64,000 bases of DNA from Dehalococcoidia bacterium (GCA_040882355.1 JBBEBM010000068.1:241-64240); one strand, 5' to 3'. Counted from the stretch's first letter, positions 26,791 to 38,561 are shown. Made by a program: numbers and translations. Notes: a model not told the origin generated them from the sequence alone.

Positions 26791-27953
26791 CAGGACGGCT
26801 CCTTAGCGAGGATGATCGCGCTGGTCGGCACGCCGACTCCGCTCGTGACGAGGCAGGTTTTCACGTCCGGTACCTGGTTCACGGCGGTGCCCCGGATCTG
26901 CCGCACGCCTTCAACGATGTGCCCGAAGCCGTGGAGGTAACCGTCGCCCAGGTGGCCGCCGTGCGTGTTGAAGGGCATCGCTCCGTCCAGCTCCAGGCTT
27001 CCGTCGTGGAAGAGCGCGGGCGCTTGTCCGGGCGCGGCGAAGCCGTACGCCTCGAGCTGCATGAGCACCATCGGCGTGAAGGGGTCGTAGATCTCCGCCA
27101 CGTCGATGTCCTTCGGCTCCAGCTCGGCGACGCGATAGATCTCGCGCGCTGTCGATTCTGACTCCTCCAGCCGCGCCAGGCTTTCGCGCTGGTAGCTGGT
27201 CATCATCTCGGTACGGCTGCCGGTCCCCTGCGCGGCCGCGGCGATGTAGGCCGGTACGCCCTTTAGCGCCTTCGCTCGTTCCGCGGATACGACGACCGCG
27301 GCGCAGGCGCCGTCGGTGTCGAGGCAGCAATCGAGGAGCCGCAGCGGCTCCGCGATCCAGCGGGAGGACTGGTGGTCCTCGAGCGTGATCGGCCGTCCGT
27401 ACATCATCGCGTGCGGGTTGGTCGCAGCGTGCTTGCGCGTGAGCACGGACACGTGACCGAGCTCTTCGGTGCCATAACCGTACTCATGCAGGTAGCGCTG
27501 GCCGAAGATCGCGACCCACTGGGCAGGTGTCACGAGCCCGTGTGGCAGGTAGTACTGTCGCCAGTGCGTCACGCCGCCGCCGAAAGCCGAGACGCCGAAA
27601 CGGCGCTCCGACCGCTCGTTGAGCGAGCGAAACGTGACGACGACGTCGGCCATGCCCGCCGCGACGGCGGAGGCGCCGACGGCGATCGTCCCGCAGGCCG
27701 CTCCTCCGCCGTGAGGCACCTCGGCGAAGTAGCGAAGGTTCGCGAGATTGAGCGAACGCAGGAGGTCGATCTCGAAGATGTCGTCGTTCGCGCTCATCTT
27801 GACGACGGCGTCTACGTCTTCAGGCTTCAGCCCTGCGTCGGCCAGCGCCTCCAGGATCGCTTCCAGTGCCATGTGCAGCGTGCTGCGCCCAGAGTCCTTC
27901 GAGAACTCCGTCTGGCCGACGCCGACAATCGCCGCCTTGTTGCGGATGGTCAT
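26790..27953 (-). CDS. ltp2: Ltp2-like steroid side-chain aldolase (SCP2-thiolase fold)
   Basis: AAIVGVGQTEFSKDSGRS, HGGGAACG, FRSLNERS..RFG, YDPFTP, NTHGGHLGDGYLHG. Flanked by ACAD pair, MaoC pair and DUF35. Confidence 0.75.
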   Translation of the reverse strand: MTIRNKAAIVGVGQTEFSKDSGRSTLHMALEAILEALADAGLKPEDVDAVVKMSANDDIFEIDLLRSLNLANLRYFAEVPHGGGAACGTIAVGASAVAAGMADVVVTFRSLNERSERRFGVSAFGGGVTHWRQYYLPHGLVTPAQWVAIFGQRYLHEYGYGTEELGHVSVLTRKHAATNPHAMMYGRPITLEDHQSSRWIAEPLRLLDCCLDTDGACAAVVVSAERAKALKGVPAYIAAAAQGTGSRTEMMTSYQRESLARLEESESTAREIYRVAELEPKDIDVAEIYDPFTPMVLMQLEAYGFAAPGQAPALFHDGSLELDGAMPFNTHGGHLGDGYLHGFGHIVEGVRQIRGTAVNQVPDVKTCLVTSGVGVPTSAIILAKEPS

Positions 27954-29047
27954 GCGTTCGCCTCCAAAGGTGCTGTGAGGTGTAGTGACCCCAGCGTCCG
28001 CGCGACCATCTCGTTCATGGTGCCGCCGCGCACAGCGAACGCGGAGACGCCCTGCGTGAACAGGTGCAGCGGGTGCTCCATGCCGACGCCCACGCCGCCG
28101 TGGAGCAGGTGGCTGATCTGGAAGACGCGGTCGGCGGCGCGGATCGCCCAGTGCTTGGTGAGCCAAATCTCATCTCGCTCGTTCGGGTCGGCTTCGAAGC
28201 GCCAGAGCGCATGGTATGCGGCCCATCGGGTGGACTCGACCTGCATCAGCAGCTCGGCGGCGCGATGACGGGCCGCCTGGAACTTGGCGACCGGCTGGCC
28301 GAACTGCTGGCGCGTTGAGATGTGGGTCGTGGTCATCTCCAGCACGCGCTGCATCATGCCCACCGCCTCGATCACCGAGAAGGCCGTGACGAGCGCCTCG
28401 CAGCGCTCTCGCAGCCCGCCGGCGTCGCGCCCCGTGGCCAGCACGACCGCGTCGCCGAGAGATGCGTCGCGCCAGCGGACGCCGGCGTAGCAGCGTCGGT
28501 CGATCAGGTGGGCCGGCGTCAGCTCAGCGTTCGCGAGAGGAAGCGCGGCGAACGCCGGCTCGCCGTCGATGAGCAGCGGCGCCAGCACGAAGGCGCTGAG
28601 GTCCGCGAACGGCACGAGCGGCAGCGCGCCGGTGAGCTTGCCGCCAGCGGCGGTGATCGCCGCGTCGGGCGCGTGCCCCCGCGTCGCCTCCGCGACCGTC
28701 ACGAGGCGCGTGCCGCTCGATAGGTCTGCGAGGTGTTCGGGCGGGGCATGCGCGTTCCGCAGCAGCCACGCCGCGACGTTGGCGGGCGCGATCGGCGAAG
28801 GCACGCCCGCGTAACCGACCTCCTCGATGACGGCCGCCGCGTCGAGGAGCGACGCGCCGCCGCCCTCTGGCTCCGGCACCAGCAGCCCGAACCACCCCAG
28901 GTCAGCGAGCTCGTGCACGTCCGCCTCGGTGAGCGGCTCCTCGCCGCTCTCGATGCGGAAGAGGCGCTCCCACGGGCAGGCGTCCGCGAGATAGGATCGC
29001 GCGGTGCTCCGCAACAACCGCTGCGTCTCCGAGTCGACGAACTCCAT
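27950..29047 (-). CDS. Acyl-CoA dehydrogenase (ChsE1/FadE28-like beta subunit)
   Basis: LADLGWFGL, RQQFGQPVAKFQA, LHGGVGV. Confidence 0.88.
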   Translation of the reverse strand: MEFVDSETQRLLRSTARSYLADACPWERLFRIESGEEPLTEADVHELADLGWFGLLVPEPEGGGASLLDAAAVIEEVGYAGVPSPIAPANVAAWLLRNAHAPPEHLADLSSGTRLVTVAEATRGHAPDAAITAAGGKLTGALPLVPFADLSAFVLAPLLIDGEPAFAALPLANAELTPAHLIDRRCYAGVRWRDASLGDAVVLATGRDAGGLRERCEALVTAFSVIEAVGMMQRVLEMTTTHISTRQQFGQPVAKFQAARHRAAELLMQVESTRWAAYHALWRFEADPNERDEIWLTKHWAIRAADRVFQISHLLHGGVGVGMEHPLHLFTQGVSAFAVRGGTMNEMVARTLGSLHLTAPLEANA

Positions 29048-29049
29048 CG

Positions 29050-30213
29050 CTACCGGGGCAGCCCCAGGCCGTGAAAGCCGATGATGTCGCGCTGGATGTC
29101 GTTGCTGCCACCGCCGAACAGGTTCGTGGACGAGTCGCGTAGCTGCCGCTCGATCGTGTCGCCGGAGCTGTCGGCCTGAGCGCCCGGCGAGTCCCGCCGG
29201 ATCAGCGCCTCGGGCCCGAGCATCTGCACGGCCTCGGCGCAGAGCGTCACGCGGAACTCGTTCGAGAGCACCTTCAACACCGACGCCTCGTACACCGGCA
29301 CCTCGCCGTTCGCCACCATCGACGCGAGCTTCAGGTCGAGCACCTTCAGCATGTTCAGGTCCGCCGCGAACCGCGCGAGGGTGACGCGAGTCCAGTCGCC
29401 GCTGTTCACCAGCGAGCCAGCGCGGTAGCGATCGCAGAGCCAGTCGAAGATCCGCTCGATGTGCGCGACCGGGCTGATCGCCACCCGCTCGAAGTCGAGC
29501 TGCGTGGTGATGTACTGCCAGCCGCGGTTCTCCTCGCCGACGAGCGCGGAGACGGGCACGCGCACGTCGCTGTAGAAGGTGATGTTCGTGCGGCCGCCGC
29601 CCATGATCTGCAGCGGCCGCACCTCGATCCCTTCGCTGCCCAGCGGCACGATCAAGATCGAGATGCCGCGGTGCTTCGGCGCGTCCGGATCGGTGCGCAC
29701 GGCCAGCCAGAGGTAGTCGCCGTGATGGGCGCCGCTGGTGAAGACCTTCTGGCCGTTGACCACGTACTCGTCGCCATCGCGGACGGCGCGCGTCTGGAGC
29801 GACGCCAGGTCGGTGCCGGCCTCAGGCTCCGTGTAGCCGATGCAGAACTCGGCATCGCCGCGCAGGATCTTCGGCAGGTATTCCTGCTTCTGCTGCTCGC
29901 TGCCGATGCGCATCAGCGTCGGCGCGACGGTGTTCAGCGTCACGACCGGCACGGGCAGCCGGCGGTAGTTCATCTCGTAGTTGAAGGCGTGCAAGAACCA
30001 CATCGACTTGCCGCCGCCGCCATACTCGACGGGCCAGCCCATGCCGAAGTAGCCGTCCGCGCCGAGCCGGCGCCAGAACTCCTTGGTGCGGGCGCCGCCA
30101 AAGCCGCCTTCGCCGCGGATCTCATCGACCAGATCGGGCGTCGCGACGGTTTCGAGGTAGCGTCCGAACTCCTTGCGAAACGCGGCGGCTTCGGCGGGAT
30201 AGGTGAAGTCCAT
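29050..30213 (-). CDS. Acyl-CoA dehydrogenase (ChsE2/FadE29-like alpha subunit)
   Basis: FCIGYTEPEAGTDLASL, RTDPDAPKHRGIS, FGGGSNDIQRDII..GLGLPR. Confidence 0.92.
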   Translation of the reverse strand: MDFTYPAEAAAFRKEFGRYLETVATPDLVDEIRGEGGFGGARTKEFWRRLGADGYFGMGWPVEYGGGGKSMWFLHAFNYEMNYRRLPVPVVTLNTVAPTLMRIGSEQQKQEYLPKILRGDAEFCIGYTEPEAGTDLASLQTRAVRDGDEYVVNGQKVFTSGAHHGDYLWLAVRTDPDAPKHRGISILIVPLGSEGIEVRPLQIMGGGRTNITFYSDVRVPVSALVGEENRGWQYITTQLDFERVAISPVAHIERIFDWLCDRYRAGSLVNSGDWTRVTLARFAADLNMLKVLDLKLASMVANGEVPVYEASVLKVLSNEFRVTLCAEAVQMLGPEALIRRDSPGAQADSSGDTIERQLRDSSTNLFGGGSNDIQRDIIGFHGLGLPR

Positions 30214-30215
30214 GG

Positions 30216-30644
30216 CTACTCGGCGTAGGGCGAGACGGCGATCGGGAGCTGCACGGTCACCTTGACGTCGGTGGTGGGGCCGTCCTCGGTCGCGAGCGTG
30301 ACGCTGGCGTCGACGAGCCGACAGCCGTTCGACTCGCGAGTCTCCGTCACGGCGCCATCAGCCGTGAGCGTGCGGCCGACGTAGTTTGAGCCACGCATCG
30401 CGATCTCGAGCCGGCGCAGGAAGGCGTCGTTGCCGAACCACTCGCAGACCGCCCGCCCGACGAATCCCTGGAGGAACATCGTGTTGAAGAAGAGTCCCTC
30501 GGCGCCGCTCTCACGGGCAAAGCGTTCGTCGTGATGCACCGGGTAGTAGTCGCGCGTGCCGGCGACTGCTTGCACGGAGCGCCTGAGCGTGAGTTCCAGG
30601 CTGACCGGCGGCAACACGTCGCCAGCCTGCCACTGCCCGCTCAT
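30216..30644 (-). CDS. MaoC-family hydratase (ChsH1-like)
   Basis: TRDYYPVHHD..A...G..FFNT. Confidence 0.87.
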   Translation of the reverse strand: MSGQWQAGDVLPPVSLELTLRRSVQAVAGTRDYYPVHHDERFARESGAEGLFFNTMFLQGFVGRAVCEWFGNDAFLRRLEIAMRGSNYVGRTLTADGAVTETRESNGCRLVDASVTLATEDGPTTDVKVTVQLPIAVSPYAE

Positions 30645-31147
30645 GCGCTGTCTCCAGTGGCAGTCCTATAGAGGAACAGCGTGAAGGTGTGCGCGCCAAC
30701 GACCTGGTCGAGCTGGTTGCGAAAGGTCTCGACCGTCGTCACGAAGTGGCCGGTGCCCAGGCGCGTCGTCTTCTCCTCACTGACCGACGCGAGCCGGCTC
30801 GTTGAGGTGAGGGTGTCGCCGTACCGGAGCGGCAGGAAGTACTCCTGGACGGCGTTCACGGCGATGGTCATCGGGCAGCCTTCGATGGCGAGCTGATCGA
30901 CGAGGTTCACGCGTTCCACTGCCGGCCAGACGGGCGGCCGGCCCCACGTGTAGAGCATCGCCGGCGGCGCAAAGGCGCCCTGCAGCCACGTCGCCCGCGC
31001 GTACGCCTCGTCGAAGTAGATCGGGTTCGCGTCTTCCACCATCTCGCACCAGTGCCGCGCCATCGCTTCGTTGATGGCGTAGGGCGCCGCGTACGGCGCA
31101 GTCTCCTTGCCGATGAGCGCTTGCTGTCTGGGGCTGATCGCGGGCAT
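30641..31147 (-). CDS. FAS1-like/MaoC-N hydratase subunit (ChsH2 N-domain-like)
   Basis: INEAMARHWCEMVEDANPIY, APPAML.TW, EKTTRLGTGHFVT. Confidence 0.87.
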   Translation of the reverse strand: MPAISPRQQALIGKETAPYAAPYAINEAMARHWCEMVEDANPIYFDEAYARATWLQGAFAPPAMLYTWGRPPVWPAVERVNLVDQLAIEGCPMTIAVNAVQEYFLPLRYGDTLTSTSRLASVSEEKTTRLGTGHFVTTVETFRNQLDQVVGAHTFTLFLYRTATGDSA

Positions 31148-31163
31148 CAGGCTGCTTGGAGCG

Positions 31164-31913
31164 TTACTGCGCCGTCATCGCGCCGTCGACGGCCATGCAG
31201 AGCCCCGTGACGTACGAGGCGGCGTTGGAGCAGAGCCAGATCACGGCTTCGGCGACCTCCTCGGGCTGGCCGATCCGGCCGGTCGGCACGTACTTGTCCG
31301 CGCCGGCCTGCGTCGCGCCCGCGCGCTGGACCAGAGGTGTATCGATGAAGCCCGGACAGACCGCGTTGACGCGGATGTTGGACTTCGCGTAGTCGAGCGC
31401 GGCGGCTTTCGTCGCGCCGGCGACGCCGTGCTTGCTCGCGACGTACGCGGGCATGCGCGCCATGCCGGTCAGCCCCGCGCTGGATGCGGTGTTGACGATC
31501 GCCCCGCCGCCTTGAGCGAGCATCTGCGGGATTTCCGCTCGCATGCAGAGCCAGACGCCCTTGAGGTTGATGGCGATGATCCGGTCCCACTCTTCTTCGC
31601 TGCAGTCCGCCGTCTTCGCCGGGTTGCCAAGGACGCCGGCGTTGTTGTGGGCGCAGTCCAGCCGGCCGTAGGTCTCGACACACTGGGCGACGAGCCGCTC
31701 CACGTCCGTGGCGCTGGTGACGTCGGTCTTGACGAAAATCGCCCCGCCGCCGGCGCGCTCGATCATGCCAACGCTCTCCTCACCGCCGGCCGCGTCGACG
31801 TCGGCGAGCACGACACGTGCCCCCTCGCGGGCGAAGGCGAGCGCCGACGCGCGCCCGATGCCCGACGCGGCGCCCGTGACCAGGGCGACCTTATCGGCGA
31901 AGTGACCCGTCAC
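31164..31913 (-). CDS. Short-chain dehydrogenase/reductase
   Basis: TGAASGIG, NNAG, YVASKHG, VCPGFIDT. Confidence 0.92.
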   Translation of the reverse strand: MTGHFADKVALVTGAASGIGRASALAFAREGARVVLADVDAAGGEESVGMIERAGGGAIFVKTDVTSATDVERLVAQCVETYGRLDCAHNNAGVLGNPAKTADCSEEEWDRIIAINLKGVWLCMRAEIPQMLAQGGGAIVNTASSAGLTGMARMPAYVASKHGVAGATKAAALDYAKSNIRVNAVCPGFIDTPLVQRAGATQAGADKYVPTGRIGQPEEVAEAVIWLCSNAASYVTGLCMAVDGAMTAQ

Positions 31914-31915
31914 GG

Positions 31916-33124
<1,209 letters not shown>

Positions 33125-33220
33125 CTAACAGAGGGTCGGCAGGGTGACAACCGGCGTTCGGCGATTCTGTCCGTGTATACTGAGGCCGCCCGATTACGCG
33201 GGGTTGGAAAGGACGATGTC

Positions 33221-33844
33221 GTGACGTGTCGGATCGTGTGCATCTCGCGCTCGTTGGGCGCGGGCGGAGAAGAGATCGGCCGGCGTGCCACCGAGGCGCT
33301 TGGCTATCGCTACGCCGACGAGGACATCATCACGCGGGCCGCGGAGCACGTCGGTGTCTCTCCCGAGACCGTGGCGCAAGCCGAGCGCACGCCCGGGCTG
33401 ATCGGCCGCATCCTGGAGGCGATGGGCCGCACGGCGGTCGAGCCTGCCGGCTGGTCCGGCGCGCCTCCGGTGACGCTGGAGAGTGACCCGGCCTTCGAGC
33501 CGATCATCAAGCGCATGATCGCCGAGACGGCCGCGGCTGGAAACGTGGTCATCGTGGCCCACGGGGCCAGTTTCGCCCTCGCCGGTACCCAGGGCCTGCT
33601 CCGGGTGCTCGTCACAGCTTCGCCCGAGCGCCGTGCGGAACGACTTGTGCGGGACGGAGGCATGGCGGAGCGCGCAGCAGCGGACGCTGTGCGAAAGTCG
33701 GACGAGCAGCGCCGTCTCTACCTCCAGCGGTTCTACAGCGTCTCGCAGGAACAGCCAGCGAACTACGACCTGACGGTGAATACGGACGCGCTGCCTTTGC
33801 CGCTGGCCGCCGACCTCGTCATCAAGGCCGCGCAGGGGGCGTAG
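33221..33844 (+). CDS. Cytidylate kinase-like family protein
   Basis: ISRSLGAGGEEIG, GNVVIV.HG, D..R..Y..RFY, YDLTVNT. Confidence 0.85.
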   Translation: MTCRIVCISRSLGAGGEEIGRRATEALGYRYADEDIITRAAEHVGVSPETVAQAERTPGLIGRILEAMGRTAVEPAGWSGAPPVTLESDPAFEPIIKRMIAETAAAGNVVIVAHGASFALAGTQGLLRVLVTASPERRAERLVRDGGMAERAAADAVRKSDEQRRLYLQRFYSVSQEQPANYDLTVNTDALPLPLAADLVIKAAQGA

Positions 33845-33980
33845 TGAATCGAACGCTGGTCCCGGTGCGCGAAAGGCCCGCCCTCCGCTAGCCGCACGCA
33901 GGTGCCCGATCACCCTGCTATACTCTCTCTCAAGCTGAGGCCGAGGGCATCATAGCGGTCTCAGCTGAACAAACCCGCTC

Positions 33981-36881
33981 ATGAAGGTCATCGAGTTCGT
34001 TGGCAGAGAGAAGGAGCTGTGTCAGCTCCACGAGCGGCTCCAGGAGGCCGTCGCGGGGCAGGGCGGCGTCGCCCTTGTTCGGGGCGAGGTAGGTGTCGGC
34101 AAGACCCGCTTGCTCAGGCAGTTCGCCCGAAGTGCCGCCGGAGAAGGCGTGGTTCTTACGGAGGGGAATTGGTATGAGTCGCAGCAGACACCTGCGTACG
34201 TAGGCTTTCGTGAGTGTTTGCTTCAGCTCGTGGCGCAGAACGCCGTCCGCCGGACGATTAGGCCGGAGAGCCCGTACGTCCGTGACCTTGCAAGGCTCGA
34301 TCCGGAGTTCGCGCGATTGCTCGGCGTCGAGCCCGATCGCCTTGGCGACTCCGATGAACCCTACCGGCTCTGGCAGGGAGTGTCGTTGCTGCTCAAGGCG
34401 GCCGCCCGCGCCGCACCGACCATCGTCGTCCTGGACGACCTGCAATGGGCCGATCAGGGCAGCCTGGAGCTGCTTGGCTTCCTGGGTCGAGATGTGGGCG
34501 AGACACGCCTGCTCATCCTCGCCGCGTACAGGGAGGACGACGTTGCCGACGATCACCCGCTGCTGAAGAGCATCTGGTCGCTCCGGCAGGCGCGGAGCCT
34601 CTCAGTGATCAACTTGCGAGGCCTCAACAGCACGGAGGTGCGAAGCATGGCGGAGAGCGTGTCGGGCTCGCGCGTTGACGACCCGGTGCTTGACTCGCTC
34701 TACGAGCTCACGCAGGGCAACCCGCTCTTTGTTGAGGAGATGATGCGAGACCTGGTGAGCCGGGAAGTGATGAGCTCCACGCATGCGCCCGAGTCGATGG
34801 TTGCGCTGCTCGGCAAACAGGTGCCGGAGGGCATCCGGGAAGTCATGGCGCGGCGGCTATCAGTGCTGAGCTCGGAGTGCCAGTATTTCGTCCAGCTCGC
34901 GGCGTGTGTCGGCAGGCACTTCGATTTCTCGCTGATAGGCCAGGTCGGCGACCTGGGTCAGCCCGCGCTCCTCGCGCTCACGCAAGAGGCGACCCTGGCC
35001 TCGATCGTGGAGGAGAGCGCGCCGGGCCTGTTCTTCTTCTCGCACCCGCTGATGCGCGAAGTCGTGTACAACGCCATGACCGCGCCCAGCAAGATCGCTA
35101 CGCACCAACGTGTCGCGATCGCGCTCGAAGCGCAGTACGGCGCCACCGCCGCCGCCCATTCGCAGGAGATCGCGAACCACCTGGTCTCCGCCGGCAGCCT
35201 GGCCGATCCGCGACAAACACTTACCTACTGCGTCGAGGGCGCGCGCCAGGCGCGGGCGCTCTTCGCCTTCGACGAGGCGCGGCGCCTCGCGAGCGCCGGC
35301 CTCGGGGCCCTCGAGCGCGTCGGCACCGACCTGCCCAGGCTGCGGGCGGCGCTCCTGCTGCAGCTCGGCTACGCCGAGTCCGTTTCCGGTCTGCCGGACG
35401 ACGGACTGCAGCGCTATCGCGACGCGCTGGCCATCTACGAGGCGCAGGGCGACGACGAGGGGCGCACCGACGCCTATCGCTGGATCACGACCGTGCTGCT
35501 TCGTCACGGTCGCTGGGGCGAGGCGTTTGCCGCCGCTGGGGATGGTCTCGCTACCGCTGCTGAGCGGCCCACGCACGCATTCGTTGGCCTGGCAAGCGCC
35601 TACGCGCTGGCGCTGCTCGTCGTCGGGCAGACAACGAAAGCTGCGCTGTGGGCGCAGAAGATCGTCCCGCTCGGCTTCGATGACGAGACACGGGCGGTGG
35701 TGCATCACGCCCTCGCCGGCCAACACTCCTGGGGAATCGAGGACCCAGAGGAAGCGACTGCCCACTTCGAGCAGGCGCGGCGGCTCTTTCTCAAGGAGGG
35801 GCGCGATGCTACTTCGGCCCAACTGGCGCTGGACCACGCGGTTGCGTCCTACTTCCGCGGGGAGGTCCAGACGTCGCTTGATGCGATGAGTGAGAGCGAA
35901 CGGCTGGGAGGCGCGACGAACCGCGTCTCGGTGATGGCCGATCTGGCTGCGTTTCGGAGCGTGGTGTACGTCCACCAGGGTCAGTGGGAGCGGGCGCATG
36001 AGGCGTGGGAGCGTTGGGAATCGCTCCGCTCCAGCCTCGGCGGCAGCACCATCTACGGACAGCTCGCCGAGCGCGCCGCGGCGCTGGAGCGGTTTTGGAA
36101 GCAGGGGCCCGATGGCGCGGCCGAACTGCTCCATGCGTCCTTCCCGATGCACACGGAGTCATTACGGGCGTATCTCCAGGTAGAGCAGGGCGCTGACCGC
36201 GAGGAAGCCCTGCGCCGCATTGATGAGCTGGCCTGCTCTGTGCCCGCCGGCCGGGGCCTGTTCTGGCTGTCGAGCGTGCTGCCACTTGAGTCGGCGCGCT
36301 CGACGCTCTGCGATACACAGTCCACCTTCACAGAGGGAATCGAGCGGCACTCGGGTTACTTGCTCGACTGGTTCCTCGTCGATCTCGAGCTGGGCCGCTC
36401 GGCGCTCTGCCGGCAACGCTGGGAAGAGGCCGACCAGCACTTCCGGAAGGCCACCGGAATCTGTCAAGAGGCGGGACTGCGCGGATTCCTGGGCCAGGTG
36501 CATATGCATCATGGCCTGATGTTCCTGGGGCGGCGCGCGACCGGTGATCGCCGAAGAGGCGGCGAGCTGCTTGAGCAGGCGGGCGCGCTCTTCACCGAGC
36601 TGGGGCTTGATTACCTGAAGGCCAACCTGGATGCGGTCCTCGCCCGGCCCAGCCGCGGCCGGCCGTACAGCCAGGGCCCCGCCGGACTGACTCAGCGCGA
36701 GCAGGCGGTGCTTGGCCAGGTAGCCAAAGGCCTCTCGAACCGGCGAATCGCTGAGGCGCTCTATATCAGCGAGAAAACGGTCGAACGCCACCTGGAGAAC
36801 TGCTATCAGAAGATGGGCGTCGCCAACCGGGCAGGGGCGATCACCTGGCTAACGAAAAATAATCAGGGGAACTCGAATTAA
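33981..36881 (+). CDS. LAL-type regulator (AAA ATPase + TPR-like + LuxR HTH)
   Basis: FVGREKEL, GEVGVGKT, LDDLQWAD, GNPLFVEE; C-terminal LTQREQAVL..GLSN..IA..LYISEKTVERH. Confidence 0.92.
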   Translation: MKVIEFVGREKELCQLHERLQEAVAGQGGVALVRGEVGVGKTRLLRQFARSAAGEGVVLTEGNWYESQQTPAYVGFRECLLQLVAQNAVRRTIRPESPYVRDLARLDPEFARLLGVEPDRLGDSDEPYRLWQGVSLLLKAAARAAPTIVVLDDLQWADQGSLELLGFLGRDVGETRLLILAAYREDDVADDHPLLKSIWSLRQARSLSVINLRGLNSTEVRSMAESVSGSRVDDPVLDSLYELTQGNPLFVEEMMRDLVSREVMSSTHAPESMVALLGKQVPEGIREVMARRLSVLSSECQYFVQLAACVGRHFDFSLIGQVGDLGQPALLALTQEATLASIVEESAPGLFFFSHPLMREVVYNAMTAPSKIATHQRVAIALEAQYGATAAAHSQEIANHLVSAGSLADPRQTLTYCVEGARQARALFAFDEARRLASAGLGALERVGTDLPRLRAALLLQLGYAESVSGLPDDGLQRYRDALAIYEAQGDDEGRTDAYRWITTVLLRHGRWGEAFAAAGDGLATAAERPTHAFVGLASAYALALLVVGQTTKAALWAQKIVPLGFDDETRAVVHHALAGQHSWGIEDPEEATAHFEQARRLFLKEGRDATSAQLALDHAVASYFRGEVQTSLDAMSESERLGGATNRVSVMADLAAFRSVVYVHQGQWERAHEAWERWESLRSSLGGSTIYGQLAERAAALERFWKQGPDGAAELLHASFPMHTESLRAYLQVEQGADREEALRRIDELACSVPAGRGLFWLSSVLPLESARSTLCDTQSTFTEGIERHSGYLLDWFLVDLELGRSALCRQRWEEADQHFRKATGICQEAGLRGFLGQVHMHHGLMFLGRRATGDRRRGGELLEQAGALFTELGLDYLKANLDAVLARPSRGRPYSQGPAGLTQREQAVLGQVAKGLSNRRIAEALYISEKTVERHLENCYQKMGVANRAGAITWLTKNNQGNSN

Positions 36882-36899
36882 ATGGGGGTTTTCCCGCAT
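36882..36899. promoter_or_regulatory. Possible operator palindrome just after the LAL regulator
   Basis: ATGGGGG-TTTT-CCCGCAT imperfect inverted repeat abutting the stop codon. Confidence 0.4.
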
Positions 36900-37202
36900 G
36901 CGCCGACTGAGGATTCGTAGGAGACTAGGCGCAAGGCCGTTTTGACATGCGGGCCTGGAGACAGGCTTGGCGAACCGTAGGTTAGCGGCCCCGTGGGGGG
37001 GTCTCATTCCCCAGGAAATCCACCAGCACCTCTTGCATTTTCCCGCCATCTGTACTACCCTGTCCTACGCGTGGGGACCCCCCCACGTAGGCTCCGCGTA
37101 GCCGCCACTGCGCAGGGCCTCATTCTATTTTCAGGCCAGCGCAGGACGACCGGGAGCGCCGTTTCGCGAGGAGCGAAGGGGCGGCTCTGGGTAGACGCGG
37201 CG

Positions 37203-38561
37203 CTACTGTTCGACGCGGTCGGCGCGCATCGCGGCGGCCGAGACCCCAGCCGTCGATTCGACAATGCGAATGGCGGCTCGGGTGACCGGCGCCAGGCTGG
37301 CGCGGTGGACCTTGTCCATCGTGTCCATGGAGTCAAACAGGTAGAACGGCGCTGTCAGGTAGTTCACGATCGGGACCCCGGCGACATAGAACTCGCTGCC
37401 ATCGGTGGTCGGGCGCGGGCCGAAGACCTCGGGGTGGAGCACCAGCGAGCGACGCAGGTCCTCCGCTTCGATCGCTCGTCCCACGGCTGTTTCGAGCCGT
37501 CCGACCCGCGACGTAAACCACCAGCGCGCCTCCGGCTCTCCTGTCGAGCGCAGCTCTCCGTCCTGCTCGGCGAACTCGTTCGCAGCGTGCTCCAGGTGCA
37601 CTTCCAGGACGACGCTCTCGAGTTCCGCGCGATGCGCTTCGCAGAATGCTGCTGCGCCCGCGCCGCCCGTCATGTGTCCCGCGTTGAGCAAGAAGAGCAG
37701 GCGGTGCGGCCGTTCCTCCCGCGGAAGGCACGACCAGTAGGCCGCCTGCGCCAGCACGAGCGCGATTCCGGATCCATCCTCGACCGCCGATGACCAGGGG
37801 CCGTCGTGGTGCGAGCCGACGATCACGACCTCTTCGTCCGCCCCCGGCAGCTCACCGACGATGTTGTACGAGGTGATCGTCTCGCGCTGTGCGTTCACCG
37901 CGAGGCGCGCGCGCAGCGGCCCCGTCGTCAGCGACTCGCGCAGGCGAGCGCCGTCCCTGCCGCTCACCCAAACGCCGGGGATCGGCCGGCTCACGCCGTC
38001 GTAAGGGACGTAGTAGTCGCGCGAGTCGCCCGGGTAGTTGCTGAGCGCGCCCACGAAACCAACCGCGCCCGCCTCGATCGCCGGCTCCATCACCGCCTGG
38101 AACTCGCGACCGAACGGCAGCAGGTGCGTGGACGACGCGAACGAGCCGTCCGGGTCGTACGTGGACGTAGCGCCTGCGACGAACCAGCTATGCGGCACGC
38201 GCAGCAACGAAACATCGTAGAGCGCGATGGCGCCGCGCACGCGCTCAGGCCGGTCGGGATCGAACGCTACCAGGTCTGCTTCCACACCTTCGGCCGACGC
38301 CGCGTGCGGCAACGGAAAGCACGGGACAGACGGTTCGCCGGTCAGGCCCTGAACGACAAGAGAGGCGCCCTTCGGCTCCCAGTACCGAAGCTGAACGGGC
38401 TCGCGCCTCACGCGCTCCAGCCCAAAGGCGCGAAACTGGCGCTCGGCCCAGTCCTCGGCCCAGCGGTCCGCGGCGTAGCCGGGCCGGCGGACGCCCTGGC
38501 GGAACACCTCGTCGATCCAGGCGTAGATCTGGCCTTCAGGCGGGACGTGATCGGCGCGCGT
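37203..38561 (-). CDS. M28-family peptidase with PA domain; apparent ACG start
   Basis: NIVGELPG, GSHHDG, EDGSG, GH, LEH. RBS TAAGGAG 8 nt before in-frame ACG at 38561; first canonical start is GTG 38507. Confidence 0.85.
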   Translation of the reverse strand, partial: TRADHVPPEGQIYAWIDEVFRQGVRRPGYAADRWAEDWAERQFRAFGLERVRREPVQLRYWEPKGASLVVQGLTGEPSVPCFPLPHAASAEGVEADLVAFDPDRPERVRGAIALYDVSLLRVPHSWFVAGATSTYDPDGSFASSTHLLPFGREFQAVMEPAIEAGAVGFVGALSNYPGDSRDYYVPYDGVSRPIPGVWVSGRDGARLRESLTTGPLRARLAVNAQRETITSYNIVGELPGADEEVVIVGSHHDGPWSSAVEDGSGIALVLAQAAYWSCLPREERPHRLLFLLNAGHMTGGAGAAAFCEAHRAELESVVLEVHLEHAANEFAEQDGELRSTGEPEARWWFTSRVGRLETAVGRAIEAEDLRRSLVLHPEVFGPRPTTDGSEFYVAGVPIVNYLTAPFYLFDSMDTMDKVHRASLAPVTRAAIRIVESTAGVSAAAMRADRVEQ

